DNA from: a virus
Length of the DNA: 64,000 bases
Virus record (IMG/VR): IMGVR_UViG_3300020045_010174
Span: 678-64,677 of that record
Strand: one strand, 5' to 3'
In this document: in pieces, positions 1 through 10,392 of the stretch
Numbering within the stretch: position 1 is the stretch's first letter
Layout of the letters: each line of letters starts with the position of its first letter
Translations under genes and position numbers: made by a program
The notes under the pieces: model-generated
What the model was told of the DNA's origin: nothing
Database searches by the model: none
Seen by the model: the letters and a program-made list of their open reading frames with translations, nothing else

Positions 1-4
1 TCGG

Positions 5-2416
5 TCAGTTTTTATTTTGAAATTCTTTATCTAATTTATTGATAAGTTTTTCCATGTCACCCATTGAACGAACCAAAAGTTGATCAATGACTTTCCCACC
101 CTCCTGGACATAAATAATTCCAGCGGTGGAATCATATTTAATTATACGTGTATCCATCTGCCACGTTCCATCTGTATTCTTTGAATACGTGGCATCAAGT
201 TTTTTCTTGACTTCTTCTGGTGTAATATACTCACGGTTGGGAATGTCTGCTTCGGGAGTACCTTCTGCTTTCAATGCCTTTCTATGTGCATCGGCATAAG
301 TCATGCCCTCATCTTTCATCGCCATTCGTTCCACAAGTTCGTGATATGCTGTGTTCCCCGGTGCCAAATCTAAATCAGATACCCAGACTTCATTCTCTGG
401 GATGTAATCGAATACGAAATGATGACCACCTATATAATCATGTTCACCATCTGATCCCGAATGTTTCCAGTCTTTACTGTATCGAGCAGCAACTTTGTCA
501 CCAGATACCAACCAGACTTCAACACCGCTCACGGTGGCAACTTTCTTTATCTTGACACTTGTAAGATCCTTTGGGGGTTCCTCACCCTGTCCGGTAGATT
601 TGCCGAGTTCGGCTTCAATACTGGCTTTCTTCTTTTTCAAAAGAGGATACATCAATTCGGCCGGTCTATGATCGGGCTTCTGAGCTTGACCATTTCCAGA
701 CGGAGTTCCGGGTTCTGTAAACGAGTCACCCGCAACATTAGGCTGCTCCATCTCCAAATACTTTTCTTTCTTTGGCATGAAGACATATGGTTCTTTGATT
801 TTTATATCAGAGAATTCTTCTTCCTCTGCCTTCATTGGTTCAGATTCATCTTCAAGAATCGCATCCTTGGGTGGCATCTCTGGTCCAACTTTTTTATCAA
901 CCCCACCCTCGGTAGGCATAAATGCCGCCGGGGGTAAGAGAGAATCACCAGATGTCACTGGTTCGAGAGTATGTCCACTCTCACCCAACATTGCTCTTGC
1001 TTCGTTAGTTGTGATGATGTTGGCACTTCTGAGTGAGATTGTCTTCTGAACTTCAGCTGAATCATCCTTCTCATATACTTGGTTCCATACCATTCTTGGT
1101 ATTGGAGTTCCTTCTCCAAAGACACCTTCAATAATAGATTTAAACAATTGTTCTTGAAGAGCATCTCCGAGTTGCTGTTGTAATAATTGAATAGTATTAA
1201 TCCAATCATCGAATGTGACCATGGCTGTAGATCTGTTAGATCCACCATGAATACCCAATAGATCGGGAGGAACACCTAGAGAGATCATTCTCTGCTGCAT
1301 ATGAATATCCAAATGCGCTATAAGTGGCGCCAAGGATGATGCAGGGAACGGTAAAGGTGTGGCTGCGACATCTCCCCTATGGTAGATATCTCCACCTGGC
1401 CCACGGGCACTAGTGGATGCAACAAACGCCGTTAGCTGAGATTCCGTCCAGGGATCTTCATCTGTACCACAAGAAAATACAAGTGGGGGTTTTGCACATG
1501 CATGGGAAATTAATATAAGATCGTTTTCGATTGTCCAAATTGCTTCTTGGGTTCTGACCAAGGACAGTAACATTGAAGTACCATAAGCATTCTCAGTCCA
1601 CCACGATTTGGGATTGAATCGAACATGGATAATTTTTGAAGTTGTGAAGGCGACTGGGGGTGTGCTAAGGTACTGCAAGTAACCGAAAACGTTGCCGTAG
1701 GAATCCCTGCGAACTCTCATCCATAGAGGGTCGAGAGGTTTAATCCATACTGGATTTCCTTCAGACGCTATCTCTAAATAACGACCATTACCATTATAAT
1801 TAACTGTTGGTAAATATGGAACACCATCCCCACCCATCTTATAATCTTCGTTGGGATCGGGTATGGCTACACGATGAAATTCATTATCATTACTGTACTT
1901 CTCTTCAACGGTGCTTCCGGTATAAACAACTTCAGCATATGCATTACCATAGGTAAGTGCATCAGATGCTATCATCTGTAATGTGAGTTTGAAGTTTTGC
2001 TGTTGATTAATCCAGCTCTGGAGATACTCGAGAATCTCTTCTCTTCTATCAACATCTGGATCCAACTCGAGTTTAAATCCTTTACTGATAGCTGTCGCTA
2101 CTGTCTTATCAATTGCCTTTTTAACTATAGGAACTGTCCTATACATCATCCTATATTTAGGAAGATCTGTGATTGGGGCAACACCCCACATCTTAGACCA
2201 CTGTGATACATAAGGCGACTGTGTATAACCATAACCTGATGCTGGAGGAGTTTCCTGCCCCGGAATTATTGGTAATTGTTTAAACCAATTCTGGGGAGTA
2301 TACTTATCGTAATTAGCAGAGTCTTTATCATTGAGTCTGCGTTCCGCAACATTCGCGGGTTTACCCATCATTCCTTTAAGCTCGGTTATTAATTTTGTAA
2401 TTCTGGGATATGCCAT
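5..2416 (-). CDS. Large virion morphogenesis protein, putative portal protein (803 aa) with a low-complexity acidic/Lys-rich C-terminal region
   Basis: Long uninterrupted ORF immediately downstream, on the minus strand, of the large terminase and one small ORF, which is the typical position for a portal. Its size fits a portal or portal-fusion protein. I recognise no diagnostic motif by eye, so the call is positional. Confidence 0.4.
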   Translation of the reverse strand: MAYPRITKLITELKGMMGKPANVAERRLNDKDSANYDKYTPQNWFKQLPIIPGQETPPASGYGYTQSPYVSQWSKMWGVAPITDLPKYRMMYRTVPIVKKAIDKTVATAISKGFKLELDPDVDRREEILEYLQSWINQQQNFKLTLQMIASDALTYGNAYAEVVYTGSTVEEKYSNDNEFHRVAIPDPNEDYKMGGDGVPYLPTVNYNGNGRYLEIASEGNPVWIKPLDPLWMRVRRDSYGNVFGYLQYLSTPPVAFTTSKIIHVRFNPKSWWTENAYGTSMLLSLVRTQEAIWTIENDLILISHACAKPPLVFSCGTDEDPWTESQLTAFVASTSARGPGGDIYHRGDVAATPLPFPASSLAPLIAHLDIHMQQRMISLGVPPDLLGIHGGSNRSTAMVTFDDWINTIQLLQQQLGDALQEQLFKSIIEGVFGEGTPIPRMVWNQVYEKDDSAEVQKTISLRSANIITTNEARAMLGESGHTLEPVTSGDSLLPPAAFMPTEGGVDKKVGPEMPPKDAILEDESEPMKAEEEEFSDIKIKEPYVFMPKKEKYLEMEQPNVAGDSFTEPGTPSGNGQAQKPDHRPAELMYPLLKKKKASIEAELGKSTGQGEEPPKDLTSVKIKKVATVSGVEVWLVSGDKVAARYSKDWKHSGSDGEHDYIGGHHFVFDYIPENEVWVSDLDLAPGNTAYHELVERMAMKDEGMTYADAHRKALKAEGTPEADIPNREYITPEEVKKKLDATYSKNTDGTWQMDTRIIKYDSTAGIIYVQEGGKVIDQLLVRSMGDMEKLINKLDKEFQNKN

Positions 2417-2805
2417 TATTTCATCTCAATGAGTTTGTTTATTATTTCTCTAGCTACCTGTCCACGGTTTACTTTAACCGGGTATGACTTAATTAACTTA
2501 CCATTTCTTTTGACTTGAACTTTAGCAACCAATTCAACTTCATATTTATCTTTATGGAGGCTGAGTCCAGCAACACCGAAATCTTCAAAGTTTTCTATGA
2601 AGTCCACTTCCCATTCTTTTGCTGGCCCCTTAGGAACAACCACACTCTCATGTTCCTGACGTGGTATACGTTTAACCGCATAACCTTTTTCTTGCTGTTC
2701 GAGAAATTTCTCTAATGAGAGCCAGTATGTTTGTGTGGAGCCATCTGGATGTGTGCGGATAACAGGTATCAATACTCCACCCGTTGGGTGAACTGGTGCT
2801 GGCAT
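2416..2805 (-). CDS. hypothetical protein (129 aa) between terminase and putative portal
   Basis: ORF in a compact operon arrangement; its stop overlaps the downstream start. No recognisable motif. Confidence 0.5.
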   Translation of the reverse strand: MPAPVHPTGGVLIPVIRTHPDGSTQTYWLSLEKFLEQQEKGYAVKRIPRQEHESVVVPKGPAKEWEVDFIENFEDFGVAGLSLHKDKYEVELVAKVQVKRNGKLIKSYPVKVNRGQVAREIINKLIEMK

Positions 2806-2806
2806 T

Positions 2807-4384
2807 TTAATATCCTTGGGGTACTTGACCCCACATTGTGGGTCTATCTACTTGAACAGTGGGTGTACTCATATCAAATTTTTTCATATCTAAAGTTGGA
2901 TTAAATCCATCAATTGGTATTGCTGCACCTGTGCTATGGAAGAATGCATCACCTTTCCATCTTCGTGCTTTCTTCAGTAATGAAAATGCACCTTCTATTG
3001 CGTCTGGTCCATCATCATGACCTGCTAATGGGAAGTATACAAATTGATTTATTAATTCCTTATAATTTCTGTCATCACGCCAATCAGATCTGATCTTCAA
3101 TAGTCCCTGTTTTATTAGGGGCTGCAATGATTGAATACGAAGTTCTTTATTGGATGAATGTCCTACTTCAACCACGGGTAAATATTCCTTATTCTCCGCT
3201 GAAAACTTTTTTATTTGTTCGGCAAAGAGTGATTGGAATACGTTAGATTCAACACCAAAACTTCTGTAATCAAATATACGATGTTTTGCAAAGATAATAT
3301 CCATCGTTCTATCTGGTGGCATTCGTTCGAGTACAACATCTATGATATAGACAGTACCTTCTTTTCCGCGTCCGAGTGTGACGATACCAGTAAAGTCTGC
3401 AGACTTAGATTTACCTATGGATAAGTCACAGTATCCTACGAATTCTACATCGTATACTGTTCCAGCATCTAAGACTCTATTTGTTCCAAGATACTCAAAT
3501 GTTTTGAAATCGTTTTCAAAGAAGATTTGTGCCTCTTGGGGCATGACTTTTACCATATACTGACTGCTGAATTCAAGTGGACCTTTTTCCACCTTCAGTC
3601 GTTCCAGTACATCTATTGGTAAAATAGTTGGGAACCGGGGAGTTACCCCATCTTCGAGATAACAACCCTCTTTTATAATTAGGTATTGTTCTTCCGGTTT
3701 AAGTTTTAAATTTAAATCGGTTTCTATGTATGCGTATAAATCAGAAAATGCCCACGGCGTTCCGACTACAATGATTTCCCCATCGGGTTCCAGAATAGAA
3801 AGTAAGTCTTTATACCAGGCTTTCTTTTTTTCTCGGATGGAATCGGATTCTCGATCTGCCGCATTACACAAGTCGTCACATATGATTAAATCATAGTGAG
3901 CGGACACTATACTACCAAGTACACCAACACAAGCTACGGTTGGTTCTTTGACATGGCGTGTTCTAGTATTTACTGTGATACTCGAAACTTTAGAAGATCT
4001 GTCATCTAGCAACTTACCGAAGATATCGATGAATCTTTCATTACGCATCAAATGAGATGTGACTTCTCTAAGAAATGCCTCTGCGTTATCCGAAGTAGCA
4101 TTTGCAATGAGTATTCTTAAATTGGGATTCTGAACAATTCTCCAGAGAATATATGATACTGTATGTACAGTACTTTTATAACTTCCCCTGGGTCTTAAAA
4201 TAAGTTTTCTCTTGGCAACATTCTCAGCATCTATGCACCATTTCTTATGCACTTCATCAAGTTTTTTATAACCAAGTATGTGCTTAGTAAATGTATAGAA
4301 ATCAATTTCTTTGATTGCTCCATTACCAATATCGATTCTAAGATTTGCCATGTTATGATTGGGATAATAGGAATGCAATTTCAT
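2807..4384 (-). CDS. terL: terminase large subunit (ATPase + RNaseH-like nuclease)
   Basis: 525 aa. N-terminal P-loop-like 'LILRPRGSYKST', Walker B-like 'YDLIICDD' and a C-terminal acidic nuclease segment 'VGYCDLSIGKSKSADFTGIVT...IIDVV' typical of TerL. Confidence 0.85.
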   Translation of the reverse strand: MKLHSYYPNHNMANLRIDIGNGAIKEIDFYTFTKHILGYKKLDEVHKKWCIDAENVAKRKLILRPRGSYKSTVHTVSYILWRIVQNPNLRILIANATSDNAEAFLREVTSHLMRNERFIDIFGKLLDDRSSKVSSITVNTRTRHVKEPTVACVGVLGSIVSAHYDLIICDDLCNAADRESDSIREKKKAWYKDLLSILEPDGEIIVVGTPWAFSDLYAYIETDLNLKLKPEEQYLIIKEGCYLEDGVTPRFPTILPIDVLERLKVEKGPLEFSSQYMVKVMPQEAQIFFENDFKTFEYLGTNRVLDAGTVYDVEFVGYCDLSIGKSKSADFTGIVTLGRGKEGTVYIIDVVLERMPPDRTMDIIFAKHRIFDYRSFGVESNVFQSLFAEQIKKFSAENKEYLPVVEVGHSSNKELRIQSLQPLIKQGLLKIRSDWRDDRNYKELINQFVYFPLAGHDDGPDAIEGAFSLLKKARRWKGDAFFHSTGAAIPIDGFNPTLDMKKFDMSTPTVQVDRPTMWGQVPQGY

Positions 4385-4410
4385 TCTGTATATGCATCCT
4401 ATGTATCAGT

Positions 4411-4686
4411 TTAATAAATTATGTTTGGTTTTATTATTCCATCCAATGGATATGTTGATGTGCCGTCTGATCTATTCCAGTGAATAACATATGTGCTGCC
4501 GGTATAAGTGCGCGGGATTTCTTTTCCGCAGGCCGGACAGAATTTGAAATCGTTCAGTACCTTGGTGCCACAGTATGGACAGAAATTAACTAGATCATAT
4601 ATGGGAAAATTCCCAAAGGTCGTGGTTGTTCCTGTGGTGGTTGGAACTGTATAGTTTCCGTTAAAATTATTTATTTCATTTGACAT
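4411..4686 (-). CDS. small zinc-ribbon protein
   Basis: 'CPYCGTKVLNDFKFCPACGKEI' C4 zinc ribbon; directly upstream of terL. Confidence 0.5.
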   Translation of the reverse strand: MSNEINNFNGNYTVPTTTGTTTTFGNFPIYDLVNFCPYCGTKVLNDFKFCPACGKEIPRTYTGSTYVIHWNRSDGTSTYPLDGIIKPNIIY

Positions 4687-4688
4687 AT

Positions 4689-5078
4689 TTACTTCACGTC
4701 ATTTAACCATTCTAATTTGATTTTCTTTTCTTCTTTTATGTCACCCAATACTTCGTGCTTTAATTTGAGTGCACGTAAGACATCTTGCATAGTGACACTA
4801 TCCATCAGAGTTGGAGCTTTAGATATAATGAGATCCAATACTTCAACACTGTTGAGAACTCGATTGACACCGCTCTCTTGACTTTTTGCATCCAGGATTC
4901 TAATAGCCTCGTCGGTTATAGAAACCATATGATCCTGCTTATGCCTCAATACAGATGCTGCTGTAATTTTATATCTCTTCACCAATGCAGTTACTGTATT
5001 GGCCGGTCCTCCGTCGGAGATAGCATTCTCTATATCGATTCGCTTCTCGTGATAACAAATTGGACATCTAGTTGCCAT
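4689..5078 (-). CDS. Zn-finger/HTH DNA-binding protein; candidate small terminase subunit or regulator
   Basis: N-terminal 'CPICYH' pair plus an HTH-like segment 'TVTALVKRYKITAASVLRH'; it occupies the position upstream of terL expected for TerS. Confidence 0.35.
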   Translation of the reverse strand: MATRCPICYHEKRIDIENAISDGGPANTVTALVKRYKITAASVLRHKQDHMVSITDEAIRILDAKSQESGVNRVLNSVEVLDLIISKAPTLMDSVTMQDVLRALKLKHEVLGDIKEEKKIKLEWLNDVK

Positions 5079-5208
5079 AATGATCTATGATTGGAAAGAG
5101 AACTCCTAGAGTAAAAGTATGAGAGAAGGAGTCCTTCCAAAGTTTCCTTAGGTAAAAAAAATTATCTCTCATATATATAAGGATGGTTGCTACGCCAAAT
5201 TTATATTT

Positions 5209-5814
5209 TTACTCCCCTTCTGGCATATATATATTTTCTCGTTCTCGATCTATATATGTCGTTGAATCCCTTATGAAGTGGCGATTGAATTCTGGATCCA
5301 TACGCATACTTCTTAAAGCAATTGCTTTAGCATCCGTTCTTCTTTTATTATATTTACTCTTAAGAAGATTATATTCCAGTAACCAAATAGCTCTCTTACA
5401 TTCATCTACTGTGTTGAGACCAAAATGATTTTTAGCAAACCCATATAAGAATTTTTCAACTTTGCGATAGTGGAAATTCTTCTCACACAATTCTTGAACT
5501 TGTAGATCTAATTCATAGAGTTCTAATCTACCTTCGTCTTTGGCCAATTGTCTTTTAACACGAGCCATATGACTATGTTCAGTATGACATTTGTTGCAAT
5601 GGTAAACACGAGCTCTCATTCGTGGATATGTCCAGTTCTTATCTAATAGTAGTATGGTTCCGCATTTGCTGCAAAGTTTATTCATGATTGTCACCGAGGA
5701 GGTTTCCCCGCCAGACACGAAAAGGCACGTTCCAGCGGGGCGAATATGAAAGATCTGGTCAAAAGATCTTACTCTTCTATATGTATGTTCTAGTATATAT
5801 ACTTTTCGGTCCAA
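5209..5814 (-). CDS. C4 zinc-finger protein, hypothetical
   Basis: 'CSKCGT...HCNKCHTEH' zinc-ribbon pair. First gene of the minus-strand block, divergent from the plus-strand genes at ~5830. Confidence 0.5.
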   Translation of the reverse strand: MDRKVYILEHTYRRVRSFDQIFHIRPAGTCLFVSGGETSSVTIMNKLCSKCGTILLLDKNWTYPRMRARVYHCNKCHTEHSHMARVKRQLAKDEGRLELYELDLQVQELCEKNFHYRKVEKFLYGFAKNHFGLNTVDECKRAIWLLEYNLLKSKYNKRRTDAKAIALRSMRMDPEFNRHFIRDSTTYIDRERENIYMPEGE

Positions 5815-5854
5815 TCGAAAGCTTTATATACTAGAAGCTACTATTAGATACTAT

Positions 5855-6355
5855 ATGAATCTAGATTGGAAACTCCGCTCTTCTAAACTACGTCTACATG
5901 TATTTTTACCCACCGAGACGTATGAACGTTTACAGAAGATGGCATTGATTGAAAACACCACGAGGGAGAAACTACTTGAAAAAATGATAGCAAATTATTC
6001 CCCCACACCAGCAATTATTGCAGAAGGTGAATTTCGTTATATTTATGCCAACGAAGTAAAGAATTTGATGCGGATAAATCCCTTTATAATTGTTATTTCG
6101 TTATATAGAAATGCATTGATCGGAAGAAACCGAGAGGAGATGAAAGAATTAAAGGAAGGTAAAATAACTTGGAATGAATTTAAGAGGAAATATATTGAGC
6201 GGTTAAATATGCCAGATGCTATTGAAGAAATAGCTAGATTGAGAAAGTTAAAAACAACACAAGATATATATATCACAAGCTTTGAAAGACACGAAGAGTT
6301 TTCTATAAGAAAATTATTCTGTGATTATGTTAATGGGAAATTAATATGGACATGA
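5855..6355 (+). CDS. hypothetical protein (166 aa)
   Basis: First plus-strand ORF; a TATA-like 'ctttatatac' lies ~30 nt upstream. Confidence 0.5.
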   Translation: MNLDWKLRSSKLRLHVFLPTETYERLQKMALIENTTREKLLEKMIANYSPTPAIIAEGEFRYIYANEVKNLMRINPFIIVISLYRNALIGRNREEMKELKEGKITWNEFKRKYIERLNMPDAIEEIARLRKLKTTQDIYITSFERHEEFSIRKLFCDYVNGKLIWT

Positions 6356-6486
6356 TATATCAGATGATAGTACCGAGAGTTCGCGAATCTAATGGTATAC
6401 AAACACCTACAGGATTAAAAACCATACATTTCAGATGGACTAGCGATGGTCCAGATGAGGATGTGTGGTAGAGGTAAATATGAAAT

Positions 6487-6759
6487 GTGATAAATGTAGA
6501 AACTATGGCACTTGGAAATGCGATGAATGTAGATCTAACCAAGATATGCCATATTATAGAGGAGACGAGGATTGGTTTGATGAATAAAAATTTAAGTAAA
6601 GAAACATGTACAATATGTGGAGAAAAAATCGGCAACGAAGAATCCACATCACACAGATACTTCGGAGTTAAACACGTTAAGTGTCTCGACCAGGGAATCA
6701 AACAGGCGAAATTGGATATTATAGAGTTAGATAAAGAAATAAAGGAGTTAGAGAAATGA
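6487..6759 (+). CDS. hypothetical small Cys-containing protein
   Basis: ORF with 'CTICGEK...HVKC'; overlaps the next ORF by 4 nt (ATGA coupling). Confidence 0.45.
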   Translation: MINVETMALGNAMNVDLTKICHIIEETRIGLMNKNLSKETCTICGEKIGNEESTSHRYFGVKHVKCLDQGIKQAKLDIIELDKEIKELEK

Positions 6760-7034
6760 ATCTTAGAGTAAGAATGTGGATCTTTCCTATGTATAAGGAT
6801 CCATTCCCGTATGAAATAGTAGAGCCAGATGGAAAACAATATCTCCCAGCACTCCCAACCGAGGATGATCTGGTCGATGATGCACATAAAGCAGCTCGCG
6901 TATTGAATTTGTCGTGTATGCTACAATATATCGGTGAACCAATTGATGTTTATATCCAGGGAGTTAAGCAACCCGATGCAAAATTGAGTAAGGTTGGAAT
7001 GAAAGATGGTCTCTGGTACTTTGAAACGGAGTAA
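6756..7034 (+). CDS. hypothetical protein (92 aa)
   Basis: ORF in operon context. Confidence 0.45.
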   Translation: MNLRVRMWIFPMYKDPFPYEIVEPDGKQYLPALPTEDDLVDDAHKAARVLNLSCMLQYIGEPIDVYIQGVKQPDAKLSKVGMKDGLWYFETE

Positions 7035-7036
7035 TA

Positions 7037-7510
7037 ATGAAGCAAAATGATGGTGGCTTTTTAGTAACAGACCTTCCAAAGGACGTGTACAGGTTTTTGA
7101 GAGACAATCACAAGTGTGTTGGGTGCGGAAAATGTTGTCATTGTTACCCAATCGTGATCATGCCTCAAGATATTAAGCGAGCAGCATGTGCTTTGGGTCT
7201 ATCACCCCGGGATTTTAAGAAAGAATATACGATGCCATACCCCGGAGATGCGAGATTAAGCACGTTTAAGAAGGCCGCACCGTGTGTTTTCCTCGACGAA
7301 AATAATAAATGTAAAATTTATGCAGCCAGACCGGACGTTTGTAAGAACTATCCCCTTATGAAAGGCGCAAGAATCCCCCGTGAATGTCAAACATTGCTCA
7401 ATTTGTTTAGCGAATTGGTTGATATCAACGGTCAAGTAAGTAATTTGTCAGTGATTGAGGCACAAAAAAAGAGATTAATGATGGCTACTGAGCCAAAAGG
7501 AGAGTTATGA
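7037..7510 (+). CDS. YkgJ/UPF0153-like CxxCxxCC zinc/iron-chelating domain protein
   Basis: 'CVGCGKCCHCYP...YAARPDVCKNYP' matches the CxxCxxCC putative Fe-S/zinc-chelating domain pattern. Confidence 0.55.
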   Translation: MKQNDGGFLVTDLPKDVYRFLRDNHKCVGCGKCCHCYPIVIMPQDIKRAACALGLSPRDFKKEYTMPYPGDARLSTFKKAAPCVFLDENNKCKIYAARPDVCKNYPLMKGARIPRECQTLLNLFSELVDINGQVSNLSVIEAQKKRLMMATEPKGEL

Positions 7511-7971
7511 ATATAATATTTGAGTTCAAAGACGAGACAAGAATAGAATTTGGTGGTATAAAACTAAATAAAATCAATGAAAGAACATCAATTCATGCCG
7601 AGATCGATGCATGTTTGAGTGATCCCACCCTAGAAAGAATGTATTTGATTGCTGAAGGCAACAGGTTGTGGTAATATGTGGATCCCCGAGAACCTAATTA
7701 GATACAGAATACTGGGTAAAGACCGCATAGAACCATGTAAATGTGGTCATTATCATGTCTCGAAGGTATATATTTTGCCCGAATTAACCACAGAATCCAT
7801 ATGCGACTTAGTAATTGCGGTATGTGATGAGCTAGATAATGAGCCAACAAGATGATATTTGGGCAGTAAAAGGTGGGGGAACCCACCGAAAATGCCTTAA
7901 ATTGGGCATATTCGTATCGAATTGTACGATAAATAACGATTGTAAGGCATGTATTGCCAAGGAGAAAGTAG

Positions 7972-8781
7972 ATGATAAAACGACAATTGGGGGCACTAAA
8001 AGACCCAAAAGACGACAGAGATTATAAGATTAGGGCTTATTTAACAGTATCAAATGAGCAGTTGCCGGTAAGATTGGATGTATCCGGTATAATGATGCCG
8101 GTAAGAGACCAGGGTAATGAGGGAAGCTGTGTATCTTTTGCAGCTACCGGGTTCAAGGAATTCCAGGAAAAGGACTTTAAGACCTATCTAGCACCCAGAT
8201 TCTTAACCGATAGAATACAGAAGATATATGATGGCGGCTCCTATCCCCGCGATGCAATGGAAGTATTGCTTAAAGAGGGGGTTTCTCCTGAGATGTGTCA
8301 GCCATATACTGCGAAAACGCCCACCGATCCATGTCCGAGATCCGCCGATCTTGCCAAAGAGAATAAGATTAAGGCATACGCAAGGATATATAATATAGAT
8401 GAGATGAAGAAATGCCTGTATGAAAACGGAGCATTCCTGGCATCATTCACAGTTACTGATAACTGGTTCAAACCCGTGGGTGGATTAATCATCCCAGAGG
8501 GTAAAGTTGTCGGTGCCCACGCAGTATGTGTAGTTGGATATGATGATGTCGCCCAGGTTCTTAAGTTCAGGAACTCTTGGGGAAGAGATTGGGGCCAAGA
8601 TGGCTACGGATATCTACCCTATGTTAGCGTCACCCAGCATTTATTGGATGCATGGTCGAGTGTAGATGTCCCAGAAGCGGAGGAAGAGAAGGTTAACCCA
8701 GAACCTGCTCCGAAAAATAAAACACTCTGGCAGGCATTGATAGAACTTCTTCTCAGATTACTTGGGAGGAAGAATGTGTGA
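7972..8781 (+). CDS. papain-like (C1 family) cysteine peptidase
   Basis: 'QGNEGSCVSFAATG' (catalytic Cys motif QGxCGSCWAF-like), 'GAHAVCVVGYDD' (His motif) and 'KFRNSWGRDWGQDGY' (NSWG..WG..GY motif). Confidence 0.7.
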   Translation: MIKRQLGALKDPKDDRDYKIRAYLTVSNEQLPVRLDVSGIMMPVRDQGNEGSCVSFAATGFKEFQEKDFKTYLAPRFLTDRIQKIYDGGSYPRDAMEVLLKEGVSPEMCQPYTAKTPTDPCPRSADLAKENKIKAYARIYNIDEMKKCLYENGAFLASFTVTDNWFKPVGGLIIPEGKVVGAHAVCVVGYDDVAQVLKFRNSWGRDWGQDGYGYLPYVSVTQHLLDAWSSVDVPEAEEEKVNPEPAPKNKTLWQALIELLLRLLGRKNV

Positions 8782-9239
8782 GCGAGCCTGGGGAACCTGC
8801 TCACATTGTGGATGGTCTGGATTGATCGATTTGGAAAGATGTGGATGCCCGGATTGTGGGTATGGTGTGAGTATTGGAGGAAAATGAATGAAGTATTAGA
8901 ATTAATGCATAAAGCGTTGGAAGATTATACAGCTTCGGGAATGTACTTAAGCCGGAAATTCCATAAACAGTATGGTAAAATTGGATTGCGAACATATGGA
9001 CAAACTCATTTAAAACAGGAGGGTATCAATGCTACCTGATTCGGTTATATTCATGGGACTGTTGATATTTTTTTACATGATATATCCCATCACACAATCC
9101 ATTGATCTTAGAAGATTATGGAGAGAGTATGGCCTGAGAAGTATATTAGCCGCCGAGATAGGTGCGATTGTATATCTACTCGTTAAAATCGTGGTGTTGC
9201 TGTATGGAGTTTGAAGGATGGGGAGAGAGATGTGGGAAT

Positions 9240-9850
9240 TGCGGGAAGATAGTAATTAAATTCGCGTATCCAACATCTTTAAATTCTCCGATAGAATGTA
9301 TGTATTGCTACGTCGAGAGAATGAATCGGGTATAATTTTTTTTTTATAAATTTTTTCGGGGTACCCCATACGGTATTCCTAATACGAATTGTATTTCTTT
9401 TTTAGAATAATTATCGATTAGCTTTAGCTATAATTTTTTACACCTACATACCCCTCGAATGACCCATGCCATCACTTTGGTTTTATTTTTTTTCTGTTAT
9501 AATGTTTACGCTTAACGATTAATCGTATTTAAGAATCACTCCATAAACTATTGTGTAAAGATTTAATGCTCATGCGTTTTTTTCGTGTCAATGCATAACG
9601 ATTCATATAAAACATGTTTACACTTTGCGGTTTAATTCAGCCTACATATAACGATAAATCGTATTTTATTTAATTCTCCTCTTATCGTTTTTTCCAATCG
9701 TGTCATTGCATCACGTTTAATCAAACGCATATATGTATTTAAATAATTTACACAGACATACATTTAAAACGAAATACCGATATGCAGCGACGTTATATAA
9801 ATACACAACCGCAACGATACATTTATATACTCATAAACTAATGTTTGATT
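9240..9850. repeat. AT-rich non-coding region with imperfect direct repeats / iteron-like repeats built around a palindromic core
   Basis: No ORFs. Repeats include 'ttacgcttaacgattaatcgtatttaagaa' (9506-9535), 'acatataacgataaatcgtattttatttaa' (9644-9673), 'aacgattcatataaaac' (9598) and repeated 'ttacacNNacatac' (9435, 9616, 9745). A perfect palindrome 'ggggtacccc' sits at ~9357. Confidence 0.5.
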
Positions 9851-10392
9851 GTCAGTAAGTAACACTGATAGAGTGAAGCAACACTCATCATCATGATGAG
9901 CATTGCTCACAGATGCAAACGAACAGAGTAAACGGACATGCACAAATAGCGCAAGCTATGCATGAGCATGCACCGATATAACCGGATATAAGACCGTTAG
10001 AGATGTCATCAAATACGGTTAAGTATCCAAATGAATGCCTGATGAGGCGTGGCCAATAACCACGATTAGTTACGTATAGGGCACGATATAGGCCAAACTG
10101 AGCAGTAGCTCTAACCAAGGAATTATAGGGGCTCTACACAGTATCTTCCCCGAAAGGAACTATATACTATTAGGGATCGGGGTAGGTCACCTGAGTGGAC
10201 TCGTGTTAATACAGAAATTCATCGGGGTTAGATGTCATAAGCTGAAATTAGGGGATACTTATTAGTACCCTCTTAAGACGAAACTTCATTTACTACTGCC
10301 CAGTAAGTTAAAATACCACATGGAACAAATGCGGTTAAAGTCCGCAGTCCCCGTATCATATAGGGGACATGTTCCCCAATGAGGTATAGAAA

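Noticed and set aside
274-2206. Five plus-strand ORFs (274-555, 461-937, 777-1049, 955-1275 on the minus strand, 1997-2206) inside the portal-like gene, and analogous internal ORFs inside terL, PolB, NrdD etc.
   Set aside because: They are antisense or out-of-frame reading-through of long, well-supported genes, and show low-complexity, aromatic/Cys-rich composition typical of spurious ORFs.
9891-10118. Minus-strand 75-aa Cys-rich ORF in the 9.85-10.39 kb non-coding segment
   Set aside because: Its orientation is opposite to every neighbouring gene and there is no RBS or promoter context. The Cys richness comes from 'gcatgc'-type repeats, so it is more likely a chance ORF within a structured non-coding region.
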